From: Octopus sinensis
Lineage: Eukaryota
Direction: 5' to 3'
NCBI RefSeq assembly: GCF_006345805.1
Contig: NC_043014.1
Location: 34,038,001 to 34,102,000, forward strand
Length of the DNA: 64,000 nt
Below, piece by piece: positions 25,901 through 39,836 of this stretch. Position 1 is the first letter of the stretch, and every line of letters starts with the position of its first letter. A program made the translations under genes and the position numbers. The notes below the pieces were generated by a model that was not told where the DNA came from, ran no database searches, and saw nothing but the letters and a program-made list of their open reading frames with translations.

Positions 25901-25945
25901 AAACTGCTACTCAAAGTTTTACGTTCCCGTTCATCAGACAGTTTT
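25901..25945 (-). ncRNA. Type I hammerhead ribozyme relic (G12 to A)
   Basis: Minus strand AAACTGT-CTGATGA-ACG GGAA CGT-AAAA-CT TTG AG-TA-GCAGTTT: all three stems pair, GAAA mutated to AAAA. Confidence 0.65.
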
Positions 25946-26168
25946 GATCAAGAACTATATATATATATTGTTATATTTCGAAATGGTCATTTTGCTAGTT
26001 TAGCCAATAGAAACACACGCACTATATATTTGGTGTTACTTTGCTTCAGTGTTATTTATTTTTTACATTAATCTTAATCTTATTTCGGCCAGAGTTCTTT
26101 CGTCACACTCCTGTGACCGCATCACGACTTCACATAAAAAATCTTGCACAACAAATATTTAAACGTAC

Positions 26169-26223
<55 letters not shown>

Positions 26224-26255
26224 CTATCTATCCATATATATATATATATTATATA

Positions 26256-27004
26256 GAGGGTACTATTACACATAAATGCCACACGCTAGGAGGGACTTTC
26301 AAAATCATTACTACCAAAAATAAACGAATCGTACCGAATGAAGCTCTCGAAGCAAGACATTTAAAAACAGAATTTAGTTCCAAATTACCTGTGATTTCGC
26401 AATTAACGTATTATCTACGTCTTTTGTTCATCAGTGAAACTGATTCAAAACATATTAAGAATAAACAAAACCAACATACCCAGCGGAACCAAACAGACAA
26501 CTGTCGCCTCCACCGTAGCACATGGAAATGTTCACTCGCAATATATTTATGTAAATGGCGGGCTTTTTCGAGCTGCATTTCGGTGAGAAACGTGTTTCTT
26601 CGGAACAAATTTAACAATTAAGGATAAAATCTTAATAAGAAATTATCAGGTAGTTAACGTGAAAAACCTCATAAGAGAAAAAATCAGTTCGAAAAAGCCC
26701 GCCATTTACATAAATATATTGCGAGTGAACATTTCCATGTGCTACGGTGGAGGCGACAGTTGTCTGTTTGGTTCCACCGGGTATGTTGGTTTTGTTTATT
26801 CTTAATATGTTTTGAATCAGTTTCACTGATGAACAAAAGACGTAGATAATACGTTAATTGCGAAATCACAGGTAATTTGGAACTAAATTCTGTTTTTAAA
26901 TGTCTTGCTTCGAGAGCTTCATTCGGTACGATTCGTTTATTTTTGGTAGTAATGACTTTGAAACTCCCTCCTAGCGTGTGGCATTTATGTGTAATAGTGC
27001 CCTC
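26256..27004. mobile_element. Young foldback MITE (TA-flanked, GAGGG...CCCTC)
   Basis: Near-perfect ~316-bp inverted arms 26256-26571 and 26689-27004 around a 117-bp spacer. Confidence 0.92.
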
Positions 27005-27142
27005 TATATAATATAAATAAATATTTTCAAGTGAAAAAATTTTCAGATTTTTTATCTTATGAGGTTTTTCACGCTAACTACCTGATAATTTCTTGTTAAG
27101 ATTTCTTATTAAGATTTCATTCTTAATTGTTAAATTTATATA

Positions 27143-27191
<49 letters not shown>

Positions 27192-27218
27192 TATATAATA
27201 TATATACATCATATATAT

Positions 27219-27252
<34 letters not shown>

Positions 27253-27256
27253 ATCT

Positions 27257-27300
<44 letters not shown>

Positions 27301-27306
27301 ATATAT

Positions 27307-27410
<104 letters not shown>

Positions 27411-27799
27411 GTCCAAAGAACGATACACTCAAAATTTGTTTCAGTAGTGCTTCAAAATTCCTTTCAGTTCTAAGTTAAGAAATTCTAAGGGGAACTGAAC
27501 CACCGCAGAAAGCCTTCAATGAAAAACCTGCCACCACTATCCCACCACTTCATGCAAATGTTTCAGCCCTTAACTTCTTACACTCTAACAGGGGCCGGCC
27601 GGGGCCGGCTGCACCCAGTTATGAAACCTAGATACCTCTGCTGCTACATTCCGTGCTGTTGTGTCTGCATTCCAACCCTCTTCAATGTTTAAGATTTCCC
27701 CCAGATCCAACGTGCATTGTGTATTGTAACCAGTTACGTTGAAAACGCCAGTTGAATACAGAGTAAATTATGTGTAATTCATTTCCATTCTTCCTTCAG

Positions 27800-28042
27800 A
27801 TCCAGTTGGATCTCTTCACACTTACTTCCGCCATTGCGTTAAGAGCTCTGTTCTCTTACTCTCAGAAATTGAGAGCCACTTAATAAGGTTATATGCATAG
27901 TAGCGTCCGACATCTACTGCTTCGGACTCGCCGCAGCTAATATACATCAACTATTGTCCATTATCGTGGACAACATCTACTTCTCTTTCCATGATCACAC
28001 ATACGAACAGACAACAGGTCTCCCCATGGGATCCAGTCTGAG
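27800..28042 (+). pseudogene. Penelope-like RT fragment
   Basis: QLLSIIVDNIYFSFHDHTYEQTTGLPMGSSLS matches the PLE RT motif F-x-F...Y-x-Q-x-x-G-x-P-M-G-S-x-L-S. Confidence 0.8.
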
Positions 28043-28478
28043 TAAAATTACTGCCGTTGTTTGTCAACAACAACTATCGGCGATGTATATTTCGTTTGTG
28101 ACTGTTATTTATAACATCGTTCGTACGTTTGTACTGGTTTTAAGGTTTTAGGGTTAGGGTTGGCAGTTAGGATTAGGGTTTTAGGGTTAGGGTTGTCATA
28201 AATAACAGTGACAAACGAAATATACACCGCCGGAAGTTGTTGTCGACAAACAACAGTAGTAATTTTATTCAGCTGAATACACGTCATTGATTGGTTGAAA
28301 TTACCGAAATACGAGAACTTTAACGTGAAATAACTTCGTAAATATAAGTTTTTCCCCAAAATGGTAAGAGTAAAAGATGTTTTATATGACACATTCTACC
28401 TGTGTCCGAAGTTTGAAAGTGTTTAGTTTACAAAAAATCATTTTTTTAATCTGTAGGTCAAAAGGTAAATAAAGATCC
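28038..28478. mobile_element. Truncated copy of the palindromic telomere-repeat MITE
   Basis: Reverse complement of 2209-2640; central TTAGGGTTAGGG; ends AAAGATCC. Confidence 0.88.
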
Positions 28479-29178
28479 CGATCTTTTATCGTTTTACATA
28501 TTTCCTTACAATTACTTCTTTCGGTGATTTAGAAGTCAAAAATAAGCTTAAACGATACCTGATGAGTTTTTAATGAAAGACGAGACTAGGGGGTTTAATC
28601 TTCAATCCAAGCTGAGTTAATCCCTGTGATTAACCACAATGTCTAGTTTCAAAGCGAGACAAAGTAATATTCTTATTAAACATATTGTAAATATTTAAGT
28701 AGACACGAATATGTCTACGTATACATATTTATTTTTATTATCTAATATGATAACTAAATACGAAAGGAAAGCTTAAAATACAATGGAACAATTCAGAAAT
28801 ACATAGTTAACTTTGCCGTGACACACTTAACCAGTCAGATATGTTCTTAGTTGCTCGTAATTGTTCAAGGTTTTACGGGTTAAAAACTTAAAGACAAGTA
28901 AATACTTGAACGCACACGATAAAATATGCCACTGGTGCTTCAGCAGAGCACTTAAGTTAACGTTTGTTACTAAATTGATCAACTCTCTCCACCACCACCA
29001 CCACCACCACCACCACCCTCTCCCTCACACACATACTTTCTCTTTCCCCCTCTCTCTCTCTGTCTCACACACACACTTTCTCTTCCTCTCTCTCTCTCTC
29101 TCACATACGCTTTCGCTTCCTCTCTCTCTCTATTTCTCTATATACCTATCAATATATCTTTCTCTGTCTACCTATCTG

Positions 29179-29271
<93 letters not shown>

Positions 29272-29410
29272 ATATACATATATATATATGTGTATATATA
29301 TATAAATACATATATATGTCTACCTATTTATCTATCTACCTATCTCCCTATCTATCTATTTATCTATCTTTCTGTCTGTCTCTGTCTATCTATCTCTCCA
29401 TCTATTTGTC

Positions 29411-29463
<53 letters not shown>

Positions 29464-29562
29464 GTGAGTTTATCTATATCTATGTATATCTATACATCTA
29501 TCTATTCAAACTTTCACTCATTCAAACTCCTTCACTTTCTCACTCACACACACGCGCGCGCG

Positions 29563-29605
<43 letters not shown>

Positions 29606-30284
29606 GCACGCACGCACGCACGCTCACACGCACTTATGAACACGTTGTCTCTAGCGTGAAACTTAATAATGTCTCCGAGACATTTAAGATACTTGTGTGA
29701 ACCCCACTTAAAATTTTGGTGGCATTTAGTGAGATTAGTTAAAAAATAATGCCAGTAAAATGTAACTAAGGCGGTATCATCAATGACAATAGTCACAGCT
29801 GTTCTAACAAAGACAACAACACCAATAACAATAACAACTACAGCAACTGTTTCAGCAACAATTATACGGTAATATCACTAAGAACAACAATAGCACTTAA
29901 AACGAAAGACCACCTGCTTATGTAAAGGATATACTGTGATACTGCAACAAGCACGAAAACTTTTGCAGTCCTTACCACCACATGCAAAGTCTTGCCCCAC
30001 ACTTCACCACCAAACATACGTCTACATCACCACTCAAAAACGAAATCCCTCCTACACAGGCCAGAGAGTATCTTCAACACCCCAACATCATCATCATCAA
30101 CAACAACAGCAAAATAAAACAAAAACAAAAACAGCACACGCCCGACGTCTCGACGGCTTCGTTTCCCGCTAAAACAACAGTCAACACCTCATAAAGAAAA
30201 AGTCAACGAAGGAACATCTACTACATCAGTTGTGGGTAAACTGCGGCTGCGACACTTTTTTGACTGGCACACCTATCGAAAAAC

Positions 30285-30960
30285 TAGTGATCCATCGCTA
30301 GTTCGCGGTTCAACTATCGCGGATTCACGGCTTCGCGGATTTTTAAAATATATATATATGAACACCTAAAATTTTTCATTAAATCCAAAGAAGAAGAAAC
30401 GCAGTAAGAAACAGAAGTTGTCGACCAAATTGGCTTGACTTTGGAATGGTTGGCCAAGCTCTGCAACCTGGCTAAAGAATTGAAAGAGGGGTCACAGGAA
30501 CTGGCTCTTTTTTGCGAGGCTGCAAAAACATTGTGATAGGAAGTTGCTGCCGCTGCTTCTTTTTCCGTTCAAAGAGCATCTTGTAGGAATTCATGGCTTC
30601 GTCGACCTTGTTGCAAAATTGCACAGAACGAGCCATATCGTCGTCCCGTTCCTGTGACCCCTCTTTCAATTCCTTAACCAAGTTGCAGAGCTTGGCCAGC
30701 CGTTACAAAGTCAAGCCAGTTTGGTCGACAACTTCCGTTTTTTGCTGCGTTTCTTCTTCTTCTTCGCTGGCCGACTTCGTCAAGTCTTCGAGGTCTGCGT
30801 CGGTTAGGAGCTGGGAGTGGCAGTCTAATAACGCATCGATGTCTCCCGTGATCGCAGCCACTGCAAAGCTTTCTTTTTTTAATATATATATATATATATT
30901 TTAAATCCTCGAAGTTGTGAATCCGCGATAGTTGAACTGCGAAGTAGCGAGGGATCACTG
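30285..30960 (-). mobile_element. Tigger/pogo deletion derivative with internal inverted duplication
   Basis: TIR (C/T)AGTGATCC(C/A)TCGCTA...; transposase C-terminus DALLDCHSQLLTDADL...KQRQQLPITMF; 30391-30501 is an inverted copy of 30648-30760. Confidence 0.88.
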
Positions 30961-31244
30961 TATATATTTTGTAGAAGTATAACAAATTATGTAGAAGTAT
31001 AAGCAATTTATTGCACGTAAATTTTAACAAAATCTTATATGGATCCCAGTTGAGGACCACTGATCTATACTGTCGCTTCACTTGTTAGTCAGTGGAGGCG
31101 GTGGTGACAGCGGTTACGTCAACATTATCTCTTCTATTCTACTCGGACAAACATAATCAGCATACATGCACAGAAATAACTACAGTATCAGTCGCTTCAC
31201 TAACCTCAAACACTAAGTTGGGTCGCTCGTCATAAATAATTGCT

Positions 31245-31440
31245 TCTAAAAGGCCTGCAATTATGGAGGAGAGAGATAGCCAATTACAACGATCACAGTG
31301 CTTAACGGGTACTTATTTTATCGATCTCTGAAAAGATGAAAGGCAACGTCGATCTTGGTGGCTTTTGAACTCAGAACGTAAAATCCGAACAAATGCCGTA
31401 AGCATTTTGTCCGACGCAGTAACGATTCTGCCAGCTGGCA
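31245..31440 (-). mobile_element. Diverged Nin-domain SINE
   Basis: GTACTTATTTTATCGATCTCTGAAAAGATGAAAGGC...TTTGAACTCAGAACGT. Confidence 0.75.
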
Positions 31441-31459
31441 GCCTTCGATCACTGTAAAG

Positions 31460-31497
31460 TGGCGACCCCGACGTGATTAAATTTTGGTGACCCTCGA
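31460..31497 (+). promoter_or_regulatory. Tandem tRNA-Trp PBS-like sequences of a decayed gypsy element
   Basis: TGGCGACCCCGACGTGATT (31460-31478) and TGGTGACCCTCGAC (31484-31497). Confidence 0.6.
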
Positions 31498-32233
31498 CTA
31501 TAGAACCGCATGTCTTCATTAAATTAGTAATCACCGACTCAAGAACAACAGCCTTCGTTACATCACCATAAATAATAACTGCAGAGGAACAGCATCTGTC
31601 GCACTCTCGCCTAGTTCTCGTTGCCCACTTCTGCAGTGGCCAGCAGCTAAATCTAGAGATACCCCAGTGAACCCAGAAATCGTTGCCAAATTTCCCTCAA
31701 GTAATTCTACAATGTTTAAAGGAGAAAAACACATTAGTTGATGCACTCCGAGATATAACATCTGAATAAAATATGGGAGCGTCATGGCTTGAACGCCTTT
31801 GTCCATAAGTATCCTAAGCTGAGGCTTTGGTACGAAGCAACAACAACAAAAGATGAGCTAAACATGGAGTCAATATTTGCTCGTTTGACCAGTTAAATAT
31901 AACACCCAAATACCTTCAAATTACCACGTATCGTCTTGAAAGAAAGACAAATGGAGCAGTGTAGTCATAGATGTATAAAAAGCCGGAATGGCCAAGGTGC
32001 CAATGCCTTTCGTCTAAAAGTCTCTTCAATCAAGGATGACTCGGAGCTAAACTACAACTCACAAACAGAAATAGACCGGCGAATAATGGATAAAGTACAT
32101 ATCACACTGCTTGCCATGCTATTAATCAGTGCATGTCGGAATGGTACAGTGCGGTCCTTATCTGGAAAGTGATATGGTGTAATTGGAACGAGAGATATGA
32201 GGGACGTGCCTGCATACACAACAACAATAACAG

Positions 32234-33445
32234 ACTTTAACCTCTCCAATATATCAGCTATATTAGCAACACACTTCAACGTCTTCGACATACCAACCTT
32301 ATTAGTAACACACTCCAACCTCTTTAACTTATAAGCTTTATTAGCGGCACATTTTAACCTCTTCAATACACCAGTTTTATTAGCAACATACTTTAAGCTT
32401 TCGAACTCATCTATAAAAGAGAAGCTGGTCTCCGACTGTCTGTCCGTAAGAACTTCTGCGTTGGGATAAGGAAGAAGGGGAGGAGAAAATGTTGTTGCTG
32501 AAAGAGAAGTGCAACGAGAGAAGAGAGACAGACAGACAGAAAGGTGAGTAAAAAATAGACAAATAGGTAGGGTTGTCACCTTAGTAACTAACAGGTTTTG
32601 ATTAAAAACGCGAGAAGTACCAGTTTGTCAACACAACGCAATACAGACTTCGAAAAACGATTATATATATATGTATATATAATATATATATATATATATT
32701 TCCCTTCTTTCCTGAGCGTCAATAATACTTTAATTGTTCCACGTCCTGCGTTGCTGTGTTCTTTTCTCTATTTTTCTGTGTTTTCTTGTTTGGATTAAGT
32801 ATATATATATATATAATATATATATATATATAATTATAATATATATATAAATATAAGATTATATATATGTAGCTAGATAGATAGATAAATAGATAGATAG
32901 ATAGATATCGATATAGATATGATGCATATATAGTCTTGTGTGTGTAGTGGTGTGTGTGTTGTTGTGTGTGTGTGGTGTGTGTGGTTGTGTGTGTGTGTGT
33001 GTGTTGTTTCTGTATGTCTTTCAATATATAGACAAAGCAACATAGACATAAAAAAGATTTTTCACTGTGAACAATTTACGAAGATAGGGGCATAATTAAC
33101 AAATATTTTTTACCGGCAGCGTAGTGACGGATAACGACCTAGCAAGCTTTATTAGCGACACAATTTACTTTAGTAACAAACATACTTTATTAACAAAACC
33201 AATTCTAAACATGCTTTAAATCAATACACAAACTTTATTACAAGCATTGTTTTAACCTCTTCAACATACCAGCTATATTAGCAACACACTGACATTTCCA
33301 ACAAACCAGATTTTAAAAAAAAGAGCAACGCGCTTTAACATTTCCAATAGACCAGTTATATTAGCAACACACTTTTTAGCATCTTCAATACACCAGCTGT
33401 ATTAACAACACAGTTTAATCGCCCCAATACAGCAGCTGTCTTAAC
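32234..33445. repeat. Diverged 39-bp minisatellite in two blocks (32234-32410, 33140-33445)
   Basis: Unit like CTTTAACCTCTTCAATACACCAGCTATATTAGCAACACA. Confidence 0.75.
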
Positions 33446-34159
33446 TGAACCAGTGTCAGCCACCACAATTACCATTCTCATCACAGACGACACACCCTTT
33501 GTCTTCTATTGGACAAAGTGATAAAAAATGCACAACATGCACGCACACATATCAACACATACACACACACACAACACACGCATACACATTTACATCCAAG
33601 CATGTACTCACATACACGTGTACATTCGTGCGCAGAAATGCACACAAATTGGCACACGTTAACATACCTACATACGTATACAACACACACCGTACATACA
33701 TCACTTACACGCACACCACACACACACATATATAACATAACCACGAACCACATCACAAATAAAATATAACACACAGCCACACCCGTGTCAACAAAGGAGC
33801 TTCTACTACAGGGGTGGGAACCTTTTTGGTACCCGGAGTGAATTACAAGTTCATAAGAAACTGTGGCAGGGTCACATCTGTGGTGAGAAAAATAACAGTC
33901 TTTAATTTTACAAATTCGTAGGTATGCAACAGATATTAAATTACTGTTTTGTCTAAAGACTTAAACGATTTTTTCCTTTAAAAAAGAAAAAATGTAGGGA
34001 TGTTGGTTAGAGATTTCGGTAGCAAGTTGGAATTGAAAACCCAAGTAATTTGTTTCTAATTTCAACGCGCACGAAATCTGCTCTGCGAACGAAGGTCCTT
34101 ACGCCTATTTTACGCAGTCTTAGAAAAGTCACCCCTCAAAATTCTAAAAAATCACACCC

Positions 34160-34560
34160 GAGGAGTGGCTGTGTCGTAAGTAGCCTGCTTACCAACCACA
34201 TGGTTCCGAGTTTAGTCTCACAGCATGGCACCTTGGGCAAGTATCTTCTACTATGGCCTCGGGCCGACCAAAGCCTTGTGAGTGGATTTGGTAGACAGAA
34301 ACTGAAAAGAAGCCCGTCGTATATATGTATATATATGTGTGTGTGTGTCTGTGTTTGTCCCCCCAACATCGCTTGACAACCGATGTTAGTGTGTTTACGT
34401 CCCCGTAGCTTAGCGGTTCGGCAAAATAGACCGATAAAATAAGTACTAGACTTACAAAGTATAAGTCCTGGGGGTCGATTTGCTCGACTAAAGGCGGTGC
34501 TCCAGCATGGCCGCAGTCAAATGACTGAAACAAGTATAAGAGTAAAAGATTAAAAGAGAG
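34160..34560 (+). mobile_element. CORE-type SINE
   Basis: Full head, body and tail. Confidence 0.88.
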
Positions 34561-35059
34561 TGATACGGGAGATGTATTCGTGGATATGACGAAGCGACGA
34601 GATGCCTTTGATCACTGATTTGCTCGGTCAGAGCAGACCAGGATCTAACAGCAATAACAACTATATCCACACTGCACATGCACACATACACAATACCACT
34701 GCCTCTATACGCAATTTCTATACACATAGCAATACCCTTACAGACTCCCACGTGCAGCCATTCTCAGTTTACATTAACATAAAAAATAGAATGACGTCAG
34801 AGACCTTAGATTAATTTACATATCGCTCTCCAACACGGAAGTAAAATTGTATTTCGAGCGTCCTTTACACCATTACAATAACTATTGTTGCTAAGGCGCG
34901 GTGGCTGAATCGTTAGCACGCCGTGCAAAGTGCTTAACAGCATTTCGCCCGTCTGCACGTTCTGAATTTACATTCCGCCAAGGTCGACTTTACCATTCGT
35001 CCTTTCGGAGCAGATACAATAAGCATCGGTTGACTTAGCCCTTCCTCGAAACTGCACGG

Positions 35060-35617
35060 CTCTACCATACACCAGCTGCAGATCATGCTGACGGAACTAG
35101 ACACTCATAGCGTAGCAGTAGGCCTTAAAATGAATAGTATAAAAACAAAATATAAACGGTCGGAAGACGTAGCACAAGGCCAAATAGAGATTGGCGACCG
35201 ACGAAATAGAAGAATACGTCTTATAAGGGGACACATTGAGTATGCGTCGAGATGTGGATGCTGGAATAAGGGCAGGATGGAAGGCATTTAACGGCGCAAA
35301 AGGCCATGGAAAGATTCATGTTAGGAATATCACTAAGAGAGTATATTCGAAATGGAGGGGAATGAACGATGTGATCGTAGAGTACCGAAAGCTATAGTTT
35401 CACTGGGCCGGACATATAGCAAGGTTCACAGACAACAGGTGCATCCGTGCAGTTGCTAAGTGGAATCCAAAAGATAGGAAAAGGCCACTTTGACGGGCTC
35501 CACGCGATAGGAGACGATTTAGTCAAGATGAAAAAGAATGATGCAATCAAGACAGAATTGGAAGCGCATTGCAGCCAGCGGTATATAACATGATCTGGTC
35601 GGTACAGGGATATACTA
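35060..35617 (+). pseudogene. RTE-clade LINE 3' fragment
   Basis: QLQIMLTELDTHSVAVGLKMNSIKTKY and HWAGHIARFTDNR..VAKWNPKDRKRP; short 3' UTR then (CATA)n. Confidence 0.85.
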
Positions 35618-35701
35618 TACGCACATACATACATACATACATACATACATACATACATACATACATACATACATGCATACATACATACATACATACATAC
35701 A

Positions 35702-35732
<31 letters not shown>

Positions 35733-35739
35733 GTATGGG

Positions 35740-36248
<509 letters not shown>

Positions 36249-36279
<31 letters not shown>

Positions 36280-36464
36280 TGTATGTATGCTGTATGCATG
36301 CATGCATGCATGCATGCATGCATGTATGTATGTATGTATGCATGCATGCATGTATGTATGTATGTATGTATGTATGCATGTATGCATGTATGTATGTATG
36401 TATGCATGCATGCATGTATGTATGTATGTATGTATGTATGTATGCACGCATGTATGTATGTATG

Positions 36465-36496
<32 letters not shown>

Positions 36497-36520
36497 CATG
36501 TATGTATGTATGTATGTATG

Positions 36521-36554
<34 letters not shown>

Positions 36555-37015
36555 TGTATGTATGTATGCATGTATGTATGTATGTATTTATGTATGTATG
36601 TATGTATGCACGCATGTATGTATGTATGTATGTATGTATGTATGTCTGTATGCATGTATGTATGTATGTATGCATGCATGCATGCAGCATATGTATGTAT
36701 GTAGTATGTATGTATGCATGATGTATGTGTATGTATGTATTGTATTATATGTATATGTATGATGATGTATGTATGTATGTATGTATGTATGCATGTATGT
36801 ATGTATGTATTTATGGTATGTATGTATGTATGCACGCATGTATGTATGTATGTATGTATGTATTATGTATGATGCATGTATGCTATGTATGTATGCATGC
36901 TGCATGCATGCATGTATGTATGTATGTATGTATGTATTATGCATGTATGCATGTAGTATGATGTATGTATGTATGTATGGCATGTATGTATGTATGTATG
37001 TATGTATGTATGTAT
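36249..37015. repeat. (TATG)/(CATG)n microsatellite, about 770 bp
   Basis: Directly visible. Confidence 0.97.
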
Positions 37016-37663
37016 AGATAATGGTTTCTGCTTTGGGTAGAGAACAAAATGATAAAGTTAATGTAAACTTATCGCTTCAAAATTGAGTCTATCTGTTCCG
37101 TTTCCTTGGCTTTAATTTACATTTAATCTTTTTGCACCGACTTCTTACTTTAAGGCCCAAAAGGCAACAAACATGACGTAACGTGCATTTATTTCTATGC
37201 GCGTATGCATAAACATATGATACAATAGAATACGCTTGTGTTTTCAATGCTACACGTCGAATAGAAAGGCTGTTCCTCTTATATACACAAATGTATCTGT
37301 GTGTGTATGTGTGTGTGTAGTGTGTGTGTTTATGTGTGTGTGTGTGTGTGTGTAGTGTGTGTGTTTCGGTGTGTGTGTGGTTTGTGTTGTGTGTGTGTGA
37401 TGTGTGTTGATGTGTGTGTATGTGATGTGTGTGTGGATGTGTATGTTGGTTGTGTGGGATGTGTGTTGTGGATGTGTGTATGTGGATGTGTGTGGATGTG
37501 TAATGTGTGTGTGTGTGGAGTGTGTGTTGGATGTGTGTGTGTGTGTGTGGATGTGTGTGGTGGATGTGTGTGTTGATGTGTGTGTGGATGTATGTGATTG
37601 TGTGTGTGGATGTGTGTGTGTGTGGATGTGTGTGTGTGTGCGTGTGTGGATGTGTGTGTGTGG

Positions 37664-37705
<42 letters not shown>

Positions 37706-38105
37706 TTGCGAAAAGCTTTCCCGGAGACGTTTCTGATATTGCAGCATCTCTACTGGGAGTATTGTCTGAGCCTTACTAAATATATGATATGGGAAATATC
37801 TTACAGATATGGGAAATATCTAGACACTAGTGTTTCAAGATATTTCCCATATCTGTACGACTTTCCACAATAACGTACAAGAAAGATCATATTACCCAAA
37901 TGCTTACTGTGTGCTTTGAAAATTGATACCTGCCTCTCCATGAAGTTTCCAACGATGTAGGCGTTCATAAAAGTTCATGATTCTAAAAGAAGAATTCATG
38001 ATGTTGTATTGTGTTGCCGTAAAAGTTTGTGCGACGCTTATTGACTGATGAACAAAAAGAAAACTGAATCACAGTCAGTCAAGAGCTGTTTGATTGCTTT
38101 AATGA

Positions 38106-38250
38106 TTTATTTATATTATTTACATTGGATAGATATATGTCGTCACCTTGTTTGTTGTTACCCCAAACGTTTCGGTCGATTTACTCTCCAGCCTTCGTCA
38201 GGTGTCCTGGTGGAATTTTGAATCCAACCCTGGGTTCTCATCCATAAGGT
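38106..38250 (-). mobile_element. Penelope-like pLTR relic with minimal hammerhead motif
   Basis: Minus strand ACAC-CTGACGA-A-GGCTG...CGACC-GAAACGTT; inverted homologue at 39836-40008. Confidence 0.65.
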
Positions 38251-38281
38251 TGTTTTTTTTTTTGCTGATATTATTATTATT

Positions 38282-38856
<575 letters not shown>

Positions 38857-38861
38857 GTAAA

Positions 38862-39321
38862 CTGGGCTACAGGAAATATTCTGCTCAATACCACAGATTT
38901 GCTTATCAGTTGTTTGACCTTAACCAGTTGACCATGTCTCTTAGTGGCTGACGATATGTGCATCTCTGATCACGAGCAGAAGTAGTGGGGGAGCATCATA
39001 GCCATGTGTTAAAAGGAAATCTTTGGAGTTTGAATAATTCACCTCTGGAAACATGGGTGTTTTGTTCAACATCCTTAAACAGCCCTTATTCAGGGACCTT
39101 TTGAGTGGGATGGGTTACTCTACCTGAAGAAAATTCTAACTGGACCCCACCTGCAAGGTCATGTGCTGTTTATCTTGATATGATATCACCATGTCGCGCA
39201 CATATGGTTGTGATGCATGTGCCTAGTGTACCCTTATCAGATGGGTAGTCATGATGGGTATACTAGGCTTCGTATATTTTACTCCAGTTTCACTTTGATG
39301 GTATGCACTTCTCTCTCACTC

Positions 39322-39322
<1 letters not shown>
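38862..39322 (+). mobile_element. Non-coding retroelement 3' region between (TAA)n tracts
   Basis: Homologous to 13178-13635 (-) and 421-590. Confidence 0.8.
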
Positions 39323-39365
<43 letters not shown>

Positions 39366-39395
39366 TAATAATAATAATAATATAATAATAATAAT

Positions 39396-39770
39396 CAGCA
39401 AAATGTGGAAGCTGAAGACTAAAACAATACCTGTTGTCATAGGTGCCCTAGGAATGATAGCGAAAGGGACTGATTGCTACCTAACTCAGATACCAGGAAA
39501 TCCAAAAATGGCAGAAATTCAAAAGATAGTGCTCATGGGAACTGCTCATATCCTACGCAAAATACTCTCTATGTAATCCCAAGGTTTAAAACAAACTTTT
39601 TAAAATTTTTTTTTTCTATGTATTAGACATTCAAAAAAATCAAGGGAAAAAAAAGAAAAAAAAAAAACCCCAAATATATGGCACAGAACTTCCAACCTGT
39701 GTCTCTTGAGGTCTCTGGGTGAGACTTGGAGCCAACTTGTACAGACATAAAGCAAAAGTCAAACATAGAA
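39396..39770 (+). mobile_element. Dong/R4-clade non-LTR 3' end
   Basis: KMWKLKTKTIPVVIGALGMI...IQKIVLMGTAHILRKILSM*, 3' UTR, (TAA)n on both sides. Confidence 0.88.
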
Positions 39771-39797
39771 TAATAATATAATAATAATAATAATATA

Positions 39798-39835
<38 letters not shown>

Positions 39836-39836
<1 letters not shown>

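Noticed and set aside
28861-29700. 279-aa ORF with poly-His
   Set aside because: Chain of CAC, CT, TATC, TG and CA microsatellites; non-ATG start.
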